This document shows, in pieces, positions 35,101 through 49,427 of a stretch of DNA of 64,000 nucleotides. The stretch comes from Monocercomonoides exilis PA203. Its lineage: Eukaryota; Protista; Preaxostyla. Both the position numbers and the translations under genes were made by a program. The stretch covers positions 1,116,001 through 1,180,000 of the forward strand of contig LSRY02000030.1 of NCBI GenBank assembly GCA_001643675.2. The letters are read 5' to 3'. The number at the start of each line of letters is the position of its first letter. The first letter of the stretch is position 1. The notes under the pieces are model-generated. The model did not search any database. It was not told the origin of the DNA and saw nothing but the letters and a program-made list of their open reading frames with translations.

Positions 35101-38100
35101 ACAGAGAAGTGCTCGCCTTTGCAGAGAAGCTCATCCGCCACGGCACAAAAAGATTTCCAGACTCGACCGACCTCTGGCTGATAGCAGCGCTTGTTCATCA
35201 CTACTTCACAGGGAACACATACAAATGTGCAGACAACCTGCGGAGTGCCAGGCAGTGCATCCCATACATTGTGCAGAGGTGGGTGGTGTATTCGATGATG
35301 CAGGATTTGGAGAGGAGAGGGATGGACGGCGCTGCCAATGCCACCACAACCACATCCAGCTCCACCGGAAGGGTGTACGGGGTGAGTGGGAGTGGGAGTG
35401 GGAGTGGAGGGAGTGGGCTGTGGAACTCGCTGGCGAGCTCGCGGAGTCACCACGCGTCGACTGATGATCTGGCGCATCTGGCAGGGATAAGCGAGGAAGG
35501 ATCGTCACTCGACGGGGGTGGGATGTCGATGCAGGCGTCTGTCTCTCTGAAGATGTCACTGGCGAATGCACACAAACACTACGAGATCTCAAAGGCCTTT
35601 CTGAAGCAGACGTACCAGCTGTGTCTGAAGGAGGTGTTCGACCTCAACCGCGTCATGCGCTTTCTCGACAAGGCAATCAAATACGAGCTGCTTGCACACA
35701 ACGAGCTGACTAAATTGCTAGCCACTCATCCTGACTCCACTCAGGTGCTGAGGACACTGGGGGTGCTTTTGAGGGACATCGATAGAGACGACGAAACAGC
35801 ACAGGCGCTGTTCATTCAGGCGAATCAGTTGGAAGAGGAGACTTTGTTTGGGAACACGGAAACAAACTCATTTGATATGCAGTCATTGCACAGTGAGATA
35901 CATGGAGGAGTTGGAGGAATAGGTGGAGGGATGGGAGGTGGAGGAGGAGGGAATGGGAAGAATGACTATTCAAGAGTGTCGCAGCAGTCGCAAGGGGCAG
36001 GGCAGAAGGGAGGGCAGCAGAATGCGGTGGATTCAAGGGCAAATGTGCTGCTGCTGAAGAAGAAGGCAGAAAAGAGAAAGAATAAACACAAAAAACATGG
36101 GGCGAAGAGAGCAGATGGGATGAGTACGATTTTGGAGAACGACAGTCTCAACAAGAAAGTGCTAGCACATTTTCTGCAGCTTCTGATAGCGATGATGCTG
36201 ATCATGCTGCTGGCGTGGACGCTGACGTTTGTGATGTGCATTGAGCGTTTCACTCAATCTTCGCTCACTCTGAACTTCGTGGCGTGTGCAGGAGACTTAA
36301 CATCCTTTATGAACATTGCGTATCTGAACTATCGCTACTACCTCCTCATCGACAACCCTCTGATCGACAAGAGCGGAGTGAAGTTTGTTCCTTCTGTCGA
36401 TTTGATCTGCAAAAGACTGCAATATTTCCAGAAGCTGATCTGCTCGCGGCTGGAGGAGATGTACGGACTGACTACAAACCAGAACGAGTTCGAAGCTTTG
36501 GAGCTTTCAACAGCAAATGTCATCTTCTGGCTGGACGATGGCTCTGTCCCGGCAGGTGAGCTGCCTGTTCGGTGGATGCTGCCGATCAGCTCGATGGAGC
36601 TGTTGACGTCGCTTCTGAACATCATCAACGACCAGTGGATCTTCCACGACCTGGCTGACCCCTACTACCCGAGCAACTGTCTCTATGTCTCCTCCAATCT
36701 GCCCATTCTGATGACAGAGCAGCTGAAGTCTGTTGCGCTGCTGGGCTCAGCAAATGCACGGAACACGACGACACTGCTGAAGACGATCAATATTGTGGCT
36801 GGGCTGAGTGTGACACTGCTGACAGGGCTAGTGGCGACTATGCAATATGTGGTGACGATCAAGAGGCTGAAGAAATCGCGAAGAGAAGTGTTTCTGTCGT
36901 TTGTGACGGCATCGAAGAAGTCCATTGCGAAAGTGAAGAAGCGGCTGGATGATGCAGACAGAGACCAGCTGGACACAGAAACAACATTCTCTTCGCTGAC
37001 AGGCACAAACACAAACACAAACACAAACACGAACACGAACACCCACCACTCAACTGAAGTGACGTCGATGCATGAGAAGTCAGACTCCGGACTGCATGCA
37101 CAGAGACACATGCAGCGAAAGCTGAGGAACGGTGTTGTGGACACGAGTGCCAATCCAGTGGAGTTTGTGAGTGTGAGTGGCAGCGACGAGACAGAGGCAC
37201 TTTTCGATGGAGAAGACGGTAGAGACGGGAGAGAAGATGGAAGAGACGAAGGAAACAGCACAGAAAGCGAGGCTGAAATGGGCTTTGGGTCATATCGCTC
37301 ACAATCGCAGACAATGTCACAGACACTCAGCCAACCTCTTTCGACGAATTCGCGTGGGGCACTTGGAAAGTACAATAACAGTGACAATAATATCAATAAC
37401 AACAACAACAATAACAATATGAATGATCACAGTTCATCGCATCTGACAGACAATTCACAGAATTGTGCTTTGGACAAGTCAGAAACATTGACAGCAGGTG
37501 AGATGATGTCGCCAACATCAGAAGGATATCTGCAGATGGGAGTGTATGAAGAGCGAGGGCTGGCTGGAGAGGAGGAAGAGGAGGAGAAGAAGATGCAGTC
37601 GCCATTGGCATTTCCTGGCTTTGAGGAAGAGATACTGATGAAGAGAGGGCGAAAGGGAAGCAAAGGAGTGCATGCGAATGGAGGAAGATACTCTGCTTCT
37701 GGTGATGATATTGATGCTGATGGAGATATTGATAGGCAGATGGGACAAGATGGAAGAATGAAACAAGGTGGATATTCCTATCAGCACAGCGATGGACAGC
37801 AGAAGGGGAAGATTGAAGGAGATTTGAGTGAAGAAGAGAAAAGAAGATGGTTGACGATGCGGTCAGAGATGAACGAGGAGATGTTGGGAGGAGAAAGAAG
37901 TGAGATGGGGAATGGTTATGAGAGAGAAAGAGAAAGAGAAGAGGAAGATGAGCAGAAGATGGAGAAGATGGAGCTGTGTTTGATGAGAGAGAATGATGAG
38001 TATGAAATGTCGATTGCAAACAGCCAGAAAAGAATGTGCAAAATGGAATTTGACAGAGCTGTCAAAATGAATGAGAAATTGAGGCAGATGCTGCTGGCAG

Positions 38101-41100
38101 AGGAGGAAGAGGAAAAAGCGATGGAAGAAAACGACCCGATTCGACTTTTGAGAAAAGGGCAGAAAGAACAACAACAAAGACAGATGAGACAAGAACAGCA
38201 AATGGAAGAGGAAAGAACGAAAATGGCATGGATGAATGAGGAAGAGAGAGAAGAAGAGAAAGGAGAAAGAGAGGAGGAGGAGGAAGAAGAAGAAGAAGAG
38301 AAGCCAATTCTGTTGTTTGACGATGAAAGCGAATGGGGAGCAGAAGAAGCAGTTGATGCCATGGCCCATCTGAATGAGACAAATCCCTTCAAATATCTTC
38401 TCTCGCCTCATCTTCTGCCCTCCCTCAACACTTCTTCTGATGCAACTTCTGCAGTCAACACAAAAACACTCACAAATGTTCGCTCTTTTCATCGCAATCA
38501 TTCTGTCACCACAGACTCATACAGCGAGCCCCTGCAGAAGGCAGAGAAAGAAGAGAAGATGATCCACCCGTCTGCCTCTGCCACTGTCATATCGACGTCT
38601 TCTGCTGTTCCCAATGAGCTGAACAGGAATGAAGAGAGGGAAGAGGATGTTTTGGTGGCATTTCCACATGTTTCGAATGGAAATGTGGATGAGACAGAAC
38701 AAAAGAAGAAGGAAGGAGAAGGAGAAGGAGAAGGAGAAAAAGAAGGAGAAAAAGAAGGAGACGAAGTGAGAAGGGTGGCAGAAGAAGAGAATGGAATGAA
38801 TGTGTTGGATGATAAGGAAGTGCGTGCAACGACAGCGAAAGGGAAGAAGAAGAAGAAAAAGAAGAAGAAGAAGAAGAAGGCGACAGAAGAGTCAGGGAAA
38901 TCAGATATGCCTCCAGTGACACCTGCAACGTTGGTGTCTTATTTCTCTGAAAAATCATTTGATGAAAAGAAATCGGAGCAAGAGAATAGAGAAGAAGGGG
39001 AAAGAGAAGGGGAAAGGGGAAGAAAAGGGGAGGAAGAAGGAGAAGGAGAGAAAGAAAGGATAAAAGAACTGAAAGACGAAAGTGAACAAAAGATGAAGAA
39101 AAAGAAGAATGCAAAACAAAATGCAACAGAAAAAATGCCAAATGAAATTGCACTTTCACCTTCTGAAAGCACAAAACAAGAAGGCAAAGAAGAAGGAGAA
39201 GAAGGAGAAGGAAGGAGGAGAAGGAAAGAAGAAACACCGAAAGCCAATTCGGATGAGAAAAGAGCGACAGAAAATGAGGAAAGTTCGAGTAAAGACAGCT
39301 TAAAACAGCTGAGTGACAGAACAGCAGCGTCACACTCAGAACATTCAGATGAGAAGAGAAAGAAGAGAGAGAAGAAGGAAGAAAAGAAGGAGGGGAAAGA
39401 AAGAAAGAGGAGGAGAAGAAGAAGTATTGAAGGAAAAGAGAAAGAGAAAGAGAAAGAAAGAGAAGAAGGAGATGATAACGATGATGATGAAGTGAATGAA
39501 GAGGCAGAAAAATCAAAAGAAAGAAGACGAAAGAGCAAAAGAAGAAGAAGAAGCGAATCGAAAAGAAGAGAAGATAAAAGCAAAAGAAGCAGAAAAAGCG
39601 AAAAATCGCCAAAAAGAAGGAGAAGAGAAGAGAATGAAAGCGAAGCAAAAGAAGAGAGAAAAGAAGAAGCAGAATCGAAAACAGAAGAAGAAGAAGAAGA
39701 AGAGAAACAAAAAGAGAAGAAGAAGAAAGAGAAGAAAGAGAAGAGGAAGAGTCAGTCGAAGAAAAGAACAAACCGAAGGCAGAATGAAGATGTTTCAAAG
39801 GCAGAGAAAGAAGAAAGACACCATCGAAGCCAAAGGAATAGAAAGAGAAGACATTCCAAACAGAACACACATTCTGACAGAAGGTCAGATGAAACATCAC
39901 ATTCTGCTAATTCCTCTTCTATTTCTCGTTCTTCACGCTCTCCTTCTCCTTCTTCTTCTGTTTCTCATTCATCTTATCGCTCGTCCTCCTCCTCTTTTTC
40001 TCGTTCATCCTCCTCTTCCTCTTCTTCTTTGTCTCATTCTCTTCGTCATCCTTCCTCCACCTGCCCCTCTCCCACCTCGTCTGCCTCACACAGAAATGAG
40101 ACATCAACAGACACAGAGCATATGCAGCCACTCTCATTCAACTCACTCGCCTTCAATCCTTCTCAGCTCGACCCACAAGTGCAGCTCCAGATGCAGATGC
40201 AGATGATGATGATGATGCAATACCAACAGAACGGAATGAACGGAATGAACGGCTCTCCTTTTGTTCCCCCACTCCCAGGTGCAAACATCGCTGCTGCCTC
40301 TGCCTCTGCCCCAAACACCTCTCTCCCTTCCTTCCGAACAGCCAGCGGGAGCATCCAGCCAATCGTCCGCTCTTTCTCAGCAACAGAACAGGACATTCTG
40401 AACAAACAGCGCCAATCAGCAGACACACAAGCAGCAGGCGTGCCTGTCCCGCCTTCCTCTTCTCTTTACTCCAACTACTCCACTTACACTGCCCCTCCCT
40501 CCTCTTTCATCCCCCCACAAGGCTCAAACACAGCCAACGGTGTCTATTTTGCATCGTCTGTGCCATCAACACCAGGAAGATTTGGAATATTCCCGCCGTT
40601 TATGCCAATACCCAGCACTTCCAATACAAACATGGCATCTCTCTCACCCGAAGAGAAGAAGATGATGCTTTCACAAATGTCATCATCATCATCTTCTTCA
40701 ACAACTTCTTCTTCGTCTTCTTCTTCTTCCACCCCACATAATCTCCAACTGCAGAACATCCAAAGCATTCAGAATGCTCCTTCCTCTGCCTCCTTCTCGT
40801 CTCCCCTCCTTTCTCCACACAGAACAGCCTCTCTGTCTCCTCAGATTGCACCGCCGGCGATGTTCCCTTCGCCCCGTGTGCCGTTGGGCACCCTCTCTCA
40901 TCCGATGGAGAAGTCGAAGTCTTGTCTTGCTGAAAGACAGCCGAGTCCGCTTCAGCAAGGCACAACAGCCAATCAGTCGTCGCTCATCACTTCTGCCTCT
41001 TCTTCTGCTTCCTCCACGGCATATTCTTCGTCTTCTGCTGGCTCCTCTTCCTCTCTCATTCACCAGCAGGGAGACAGCAACGAGAATGCAGTGGCGAAGA

Positions 41101-42752
41101 AGGCAGCGTATTTGGAGGAGGCTGAAAAGGCAGCGAAGGAGAAAGCAGAAGAGGAGAAAGAGGAGATGAAGGAGAAGATTGACAAGATGACCTCTTTCAT
41201 TCCATTCAGCTTTTATGTGCGTGTGGTGCTTGGGGTGGGCATAGTGTTTATTCTGTCTGCTGTCTATTATGCCTTCTCCACATTTGCAGTGGACGATGTC
41301 ATCAGCTCAAACGATGCTGTGTTCATGTCTGACTATCGTGCTGTGCTGATGGCGCAGATGGCATCAATCGCCATTTCTGTTGCCACTCCTTCCATTCTGT
41401 CTTATGAGAAGAGCGGGTTCAACGTGTCTTCGTCGACCAATCCTGTCTGGAGTGATCTGTCGCACATGTCCCACGATGTGCAGAAGATGCAGATGATCCT
41501 GTCGAAGCTGGTGACATTCTTCATCGGCGTCAACAGAAAAGTGAATGAAGGCGGAAATGCTTTTGCAGATGGCACAAAACTGACAGGCGACGAAGCACTC
41601 GACGCCTTCAGCACAACGCGCACTGTGAAAGAAGGCTCACCTTTTGTGTCTCTTTTGTATGGCACACAAACATGTCTGTGCGACAATCCAGAGGAATGCA
41701 GCATAAAAGACAGGTTGTATGGCATGGAAGGAACATACGCTGGACTGGAAGGGCTGATTGAGACAGCACTCTCACACATCATTGTCCTCTCAAACATCAC
41801 AATTCTCCCTAATTCTGCTGCAAACGATGCAAATTCTGACATTTCTGATGCCAATTCGCAGGAGAACTACCACACGACAGCAATGCGAGTGACGTTGAAT
41901 GCATCTGAAATCCAGTTCATCAACACAGGTGTCAACTTCGACATTTACGGAGGGCTGGACAAGTTCAACACGCAGATTGTGGAGATGCAGTCAGCCGCCC
42001 TTGTTCGCTACCGGACAATTCTCATTGTGCTCTTCATCATCGGCATCGTTGGCCTGTCTATTGGGGCATTCGTGTGTCTCTTCCCGACAAAGCCGCTGCT
42101 GGCAGACGTTGCCATCCACACGCTGAAGATCGAAGAACTTGACCCGAACAACGACTCCAGCAACGACGGGGTGATTGAGTGGAGCGAGCAGCACACGGCA
42201 GACCTGCCCCGCTTCGACAATGCGCATCAGAATGTGCTGGTGCTGGCGAGAGAACTGGCACAGGCAGCAGAGGAAGTGAGTGACTTGCACTTGGAAGGCT
42301 CAGAGGCGCGGCTGAAGATTGCATCAGCGCTGTCACCGCTGCTGATTGGGTTTATGTCAGTTCTGAATGACGAGGAAGGGCTGATGGCGAGGCTGAGAGT
42401 GATTGGGCGGCACGTGAAGATGCACCAGACAGAACACGTGGCAGTGCTGAAGGGGTTGCTGGAGGCTATTCATCAGATGGCGCTGGGGAAAGGGTCAGTG
42501 ACAGCTGTGCTGGAGCAGATCAACATGTGGGTGACGGAGCATGTGGCGCAGATGGACAAGGAGCTGGCGACGCTCATTTCAGGAAAGATGGAGAGCGAAG
42601 AGATAGACGGAGAGGTGGATCTGAAGGCAGGGCATATTCCAAGGTCGTATTTGGAGTATCTGGACTCAGACAATGCGAGCATGCAGGAGAAGACAGATCT
42701 GCACAAGCTGCATAGCCTGCTGCACATCAAGCAGCATTGGGAAGGATTGTAA
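32175..42752 (+). CDS. Giant multi-pass membrane protein, TmcB/TmcC-like (N-terminal TM bundle, TPR-like region, two TM-flanked loop domains) with a C-terminal hemerythrin-like domain; introns 32282-32333, 32365-32413, 32548-32605
   Basis: Three small 5' exons splice in frame (MDQVDEE...FDQW|IYSSFYPFHR|EKRAD...HDFFA|YLDFS). About 8 hydrophobic helices before 33370. TPR-like segments GTKRFPDSTDLWL and HPDSTQVLRTLGVLLRDIDRDDETAQALF. TM pairs at about 36160/36800 and 41210/42030. Hemerythrin pattern at 42171-42580. Confidence 0.85.
33522..33563 (+). repeat. (GGA)14 coding microsatellite, poly-Gly
   Basis: Perfect trinucleotide repeat inside the CDS. Confidence 0.9.
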
Positions 42753-43924
42753 GAAAGAAGAGGAATTAGAGGAAAATGATAAAGACAAAGAACAATATTA
42801 GCCAATGAAGGAATATCTTTGTGAAATCATTATGTTCTGTTGATTTGAAGTTGAAATTATCAGATTTTAAAGTTTCAATGAATGTGATAACTGAACAGTT
42901 TCTCACTCAAAATATTTCATCTGCATATGAATGGCAATGAATAGATTGATAAGCGTTTCTGTGTAAAGTGTTTTGTGGACGCTGTTCGGTTGATCTGACA
43001 TCATCATTTCCTTTCATCGCTTCGTTTCTGCATTTAATCTTTATGAGCATATTTTTTTTTCCAAAGTAAGAGTGAGCATTCTTTCTTCATTCTGTCAATC
43101 GAACCCTCTTCTTCAACTTGTTCCATTCTTTCCATTTGAAACTTCTATATTCCTTCTTGTGAGCAAAAGAGTGGATGTTTCATATTCCTTTTTAAGAGAT
43201 GCTTTTGAGATGATTACACGAAATTTCTGTATGTCTTCTTAACACAATGTTTACATTGTGTGAATATCATCAATCCTGTGTATATGTTCCTTATGCCAAA
43301 AATAATTATTAAATATTTATTTATTTTCTAATTAGTTTTTGATTGCTTTATTTCAAGTTGGTTTCGATTAATTTTCTTTCTTTTTTGTATGTGATTTTGC
43401 TATTAGAAAATATGTACTCAAACAAATTGATATGTTTTTATAACACCTTCTTCAATCATCGCTGCATTTAATTCATTTCACAGTTAATATTTATGTTTTT
43501 GCTATGTTTTTCTTTTTCTTAATTTCTTTTTCTTTTTGAATGACTTGCTGCTCTTTCAATAATGTATTTTTTAAAGAGCATCTGTTAGTACAATACAAAT
43601 ATTTTTCTTTTTCGTAACTTTTGGAAAATATTTGTTTTATAACATAAATGTTCATTTATTATTGTTTATAAAGTGAAAAGATGTTAAAGAATCCTTTCTT
43701 TGATTATGATTTTCAACAGAATGTCATTTAGAGTTTAATCATGTATTCAATTCTTATCTTCATGTTATTTCATTATTGCATCTTTTCAATTATTTGAAAT
43801 GACATTCATTATTTATAATTATAATTATTTGAGCGAAGAGTCGCAAATTTTCCATAAATCAAATACATTTTATAAATTTTTATCTTTTATATAGCCCATA
43901 ATAACAATTTTTGGACTCTTTCAA

Positions 43925-46900
43925 ATGTCTTTTTTGAATAACAAAGAGGAATTTGAAAAGTCATTGTTTGAGTTTCATGAAAAAAGAGGAACAAAGATTG
44001 CAAGAGTTCCTGTTATGTCACGAATACAACTTGATCTATTTCGACTTTTTCAAGTTGTTCAGAAAAATGGAGGTTACGATGAAGTGAGTGTGAAACGTCT
44101 TTGGAAAAAGGTAAATAGAGAAATAGATATTCCTATAATAGGGTCAAGCCCTTATATTATTCGTAAGCATTACAAACAAATTCTTTATCCATTTGAAAGG
44201 GTGAAAATACATTTTCTTCCAGATGACTTGTCCATTGGACTTGATCAAGGAATACCTGAAATTCCATCTACATCTCCGAATCCTCAACCAACATTCACAC
44301 TGGATTCTGATGTTATGGATGACTCTCATTTGAATAAGATATTGACAAGTTTTCTTCCTCGCCCTCGAAAGACATTTAGTTTCTTTAGAATTCCTGCAAT
44401 GCAATCATCCACAAACGTTAAGAAAAAAATTGCTTCATTTGCGTTTGAAACAGGAGAAGAAAAAGATCTTGTTTGCAAATATTAATATAGTTTTTATTTA
44501 ACATTTTTAATAACACATTTTTTGTAACTAGGAATGTTTATTTCGCACAATTAGATCTTCTTCTAGAAATGCTGTCGATGGAAGTTTAACGCATTTGAAC
44601 GATTTTGGTGCTGTGCTATCATTGTTATGGTCTTCAATGGCAATGAACATTGAATCTATTTCATATCAACATTGGGAGGATTTCCGCGTAAGATGGATCG
44701 ATTGGAAAGAGAAATATGTTTATTCAATGAAAAATGAGGAGAAAGAAAAATTTCAAATTCCAATAAAAGTGATACATCTCAATGATCAACTCAATCAGTC
44801 AATTGAATCGTTATGCCGTTCATCAAAATGCACCATTATTGAAGAAAAAGACGGATCTGCTTTGAAAGACCAAAGCTATTTGGCAACTGCAAAATATTCA
44901 ACGAAAGCATTTAATGAACTGTCTGATCTTGTTACACAAAAGATAAACCTTATATGTGAATTTTACAAGAAACTGATTCAAAATTCTGAGAAAACTTTGA
45001 ACTCTTTTCGATTAAAAGCAGAAGAAAAAAACTTTTTATACGAAAAATCAAAAGAAGACTTCTTCCAAAATATGCTCAATAACAAATACATCAGCGATGC
45101 AATAGAAAGCGATCTGTCTTTGTTTCATTTCGCATCAACTTCCTGCGAAGAGATGCTTTTAACTGATGTTTTGAATCAAGAGGAATTTGGCAGTTTAGCA
45201 GCAGAAACAAAGAAAACGAAAAAAATGCGCGCTTTCAATGAAATTGATCAGCATAAAGAAGAATTCAAATCCTCAAAAGATGAAAAATTTGAAAATAAAG
45301 ACGATGATATGCCAGTAAAAGATGAAGAAAGAAGTAAACGGAAAGGAAAAATAGAAGAAATGAACTGCGAGAAAGAAGATGCAACTGAACAATTATCTCC
45401 ACCATTTTTGGTCTTTTTTGATGCGTGCTCAAGTTTATTCCCTTCGTCACTTCCTTTGATTGCTGACACAAACACAGGCGAACTCTCAATAATGCCATCT
45501 TCTAATGCTCAATCATCAAATATATATTCTTCTTCTTCTTCTTCCCACATTTCATCTGCTTTGCATATTCCGCAAGATTTTGTTCCTGGAATGCGTCATT
45601 CTCCTTCTGAACTAACTCAGAACGTCTTATCCAATCAATTGTCTTCTCAGCAATTCAATGAGTATCCTTCAACACACACCCAATGCGTTTCAAATAGCCG
45701 TTCTGCTGAAGTTCTCTTTGAGAATTCATCTGCTTTTGCTTCTGTTAATCTGCCTCTGCTATCTTCTCCGCACAAATCCGAGTACGAAAAAATTATGCCA
45801 TTTATCGAGCCATTTGGGAAATTGATAGACAAACACAGAGAAATGTTGGATTCGAAGAAGAAAGCACTAAAAGAAAAGGAAATGAAAACAGCAAAGAACG
45901 ATCAGATAAAAGAAGAAGCAGTTAACAACAAAAAAATCGGAAAAAAGATGAAAGAAAGAAGCGATCAGAAAAAGACACCAAAAAGAAGGGACTTATCTCC
46001 GTTGCCTCAATCACTTGCAACATCTTCTCCATTCGAACAGCCATCTTCATCTTCCCTTTCATCCCCTTTTCAATCAACTTCGTCGCCTCTATCGCAGAAT
46101 TCCAACCATTCACCAGATAAGCTTTCCACCTCAAAACAGACTCATTCAACAGTTCATTCTGAGACGCAGCTGTGTCAACAGGGAAATCTGAAGCCAGCAG
46201 ACGAGTCAAGTCCCACAAAAGCGGAATCTTCTGAACTGAAAGTGCGCATTCATCTGAATATTCGCCGTCCTCCTCTGAATAAAAATGCACAATCTGCCGA
46301 ACAGTCGCAATTTTCCACTTCAACAGCATCATCAGATGGTTTTGCTCCCTCTCCTTCAACTCCTCCCTCTCCATTTCCTTCTCTTTCAACTTCTTGCTCG
46401 TCACCTCCTCCTCTTCCTCTTCCACTTCAACCTCTTGAAACTGAAACCACTTCAATCTCAGCTTCTTTTTCTCCTTCGCTTTCACCTTCGCCTTCAACTT
46501 CGCCTTCGACTTCTTCTTCTTCATTCACTTCATCTTCGTCTTCGTCTCAGATTGCAAGTTCTAAGCAAAGCAGTGTTGCTGTTAAGCAATCAAGTTCTGA
46601 TTCATGTTCTTCTTCTTCAAAATGTTCAATAATTCCTGATAATCCAATTAACACTGATAATTCTGATATTTCGAGCAATGCTAACAACATGTCTTCAATT
46701 TCATTCTTCAAACACCCTGCTATGGATACAGATAAAAGCCCTATTTATTTTCAGTTGCGTTTCAACTTTCAAAACTCAAACAATTCCATCACAAGTTCAA
46801 ATTTGCTTTGTCTTGATTCTTTAGAGGAAAGAAAAAAATGGATGCAGAAAAGAAAATTGCTCTTTTCTTCGTATTTATCACCTTCGCGTTATATTTCTTG

Positions 46901-49367
46901 TTTTCCTCGTAACATTTCATTTTCTCTTCCTTCAAATGAACTTTCTTCTTCTATTTCTTCTGTTTCTTCATCTGATTTGTTCACATCAAATTCTGAGTGT
47001 CTTTCGCCTATTGAGCTGCTTTTTTCGATGGCAATGTTTGGCTCTCAATGCAAATGTGCAAAGTCAACCATCCAACGCACTTTCATCGATTCCTCATCTC
47101 ATTCACAGCAGTTTGATATCACTTCTATTTTGGGTGTGAACAGCTATTCCGATCCGGTGGAAGCATCTGATGGTTTTTCCTCTGATCCTTCTCGTGTTTA
47201 CACAACATGCACTGAAAGTGTCCCCAATACAAAGTGTATTTGCTGTCGTTCTCTGCTTTGTTTGAGCAATCAGTGCTGTGAGGCAATGATCGATGCGTTG
47301 GAGCTGCTCCACAAGGAGGAAGAGGAAGAAGTCGAGAGGCGTTTGGAAAAGTTCAATTGGCTTTTGGAGCTCGCACCGTTTCGAGTGTCTTCAGAAGATG
47401 AGAGCATATTCACTGAAGAAAGATACCAAGAAGCGGAAAAGGAGAAAGAGAAAGAAGATAAGATGCGAAAGAATGAGGCGCCTGTTAGATTTGCCAACGA
47501 TAAAGAAAATGAAGTCTTTTCTGCAAAAGAAAAGGTTGATTCAGCCGAACACGAGTGGTGTTGGAAAGATGCGCTGAACGAGACACAGCTAAGTGCGTTT
47601 GCAAAGGATGGATTGAATAACGTCGCAAGGATTAATGGAATTGAGCTGAATGAAGACAAAGACGAGCTGATCGACTGGAAGAACGAAAAAGAAGATAAAC
47701 TAACTGAAAACCAAGAGATTGATAAAGAATGTGTTCTGATTGAAGAACAAGGCGTCCAGCTACAGCAAATACCGGAATTGTTAAAGAATGTTAAAGATAC
47801 AAAATATCAGTCAAATACGCTGAAGCGCGCTCTCTCGTATCTTTATATTCCAGACAAATACGACAAGCACGAAGAAGCAAAGTTGCAGGATCAAAGTGAA
47901 AAAACAAAGTTCAAATCATTTCGTGATTATGTGCTTTCTTTTGTATCTGAAGGATCATTCCTCGATTGCACAGAATTTTCTCGTATGCAGTCTGTTATTG
48001 CACATCACCCAGCAGTTGCACAAACAGTCATTCCTTTGTTTGTGTCTCTGCTTTGGATAGAAAGTGCATTCCATCATCTTGGCCCGATTATATCTTCATT
48101 TTCATCTTTCCCACACATTTCACAGATTGCCACTTCATCAATAGATCAGATGCTTTTTCTTTCTGCAAAGACTCAGCATCCTCATCCTCATTTCTCTTTC
48201 CCAATTCAACATCCACTACTCACTTCACTGCTTCACTTGCTCTATCTACTCTCTATTCCTTCTCCTTCACGCACACCAAATCATCCGTTTGCTCGATCAA
48301 ACGATCATTTTTGCTTTCCATCTCTTATTCAACTATCACTTTTACCACAAGCTATTTCTCGAGCTTTTGTTGATACATTGATTGATATTGTAAATCACGA
48401 AATTTATTTCAGAAAATTAAAAAGCTCAAAGTTTCAACATATTCATGATTCCTCAAGCTGCGGCAAAGGCACTGCAGATGAAGTGGAAGCTGCTTCACTT
48501 ATTCCAAGTATCTCTATTGAAGACGCGTTCACTTCTTGTTATCATTCGTTAATTGCAGAAACACTTCTTCTTCATTTTGACAAGGAAGCTTCAAATGATT
48601 GTCTGAGGTCGGCTGAGCTTCCATCTTCTTCATTGTGCACATCATTCACGATAACTTCATTTTCAAACGACTGCAATACTACGCCATGCCATTTCAATCG
48701 TACTGGTGAATTATTCATTTCTGTTCTCACCATTCTTGCATCTATCTCTGAGAGTTCGAATAATGCATCTTTATTTGTTAGCGATCAATTTTGGAACAAT
48801 ACAAAATTTGATGAAACGGCAATGCCATCATATTTTTTGTCTTCTTCATTTGAAAACGATATAAAGACAAAGAAACCATCTTTTCGTTTCTTTTGCTTTA
48901 TAGCTTCATTGGTTCTGCTTATTTTGGAAAGTGATGTTGGCGAAGAGTTTTTGTTGGGTCTTATTTGCCTTGAAAATTCACTAAATGCGCTTGTATCTTT
49001 TCTAAATTCTGAATCGTCTGATGAAATGAATAATTCAACATGTCGTAAAATGCAGCTCTTGTTACCACTTCTATCAGTTATTTCTGTTTCCGTACTCGAC
49101 AGTTTCATTTCTTTACTTTTTGGAAGGATTAAAAAAGAGCTTATTCAACAAAAAAGGATAAGGCGATGGGATATAAAAAGAATTGAGATATCTGCTTTGC
49201 ATGTGTGCAGCAATTTACTAATTTTGATTCCAATGCTTCGACCTGCTCTGAGAAGAAATAAGAATGTTGTTGATTTTTTGTTTGATGAATGGAAAGATTC
49301 TTCAAAGAATAAAGGTAAATGTGTTGTTCGCTGCGTTCAAATGATTTTTTCTAAGCCCAATTTTTGA
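43925..49367 (+). CDS. ARID/BRIGHT-domain protein (possible SWI/SNF-RSC Swi1/ARID1/ARID2-like subunit); intron 44471-44531
   Basis: The N-terminal EFEKSLFEFHEKRGT...P...LDLFRLFQVVQKNGGYDEV...WKKV...IRKHYKQILYPFE is a classic ARID domain. It joins the 1590-aa ORF in frame via a 61-nt GTTTGC...TAG intron; the C-terminus is helical and Leu-rich. Confidence 0.85.
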
Positions 49368-49393
49368 TTGCGAAATATTGGGGATTGCAATTT

Positions 49394-49427
<34 letters not shown>

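Noticed and set aside
33185-42805. Overlapping alternative-frame ORFs within the TmcB-like gene (e.g. 38587-39900)
   Set aside because: By-products of low-complexity GAA/TCT repeats.
42950-43300. Slightly GC-richer patch between the TmcB-like and ARID genes as a small gene or ncRNA
   Set aside because: The frames I read contain stops, no ORF is listed in the track, and no tRNA or snoRNA motifs were recognised.
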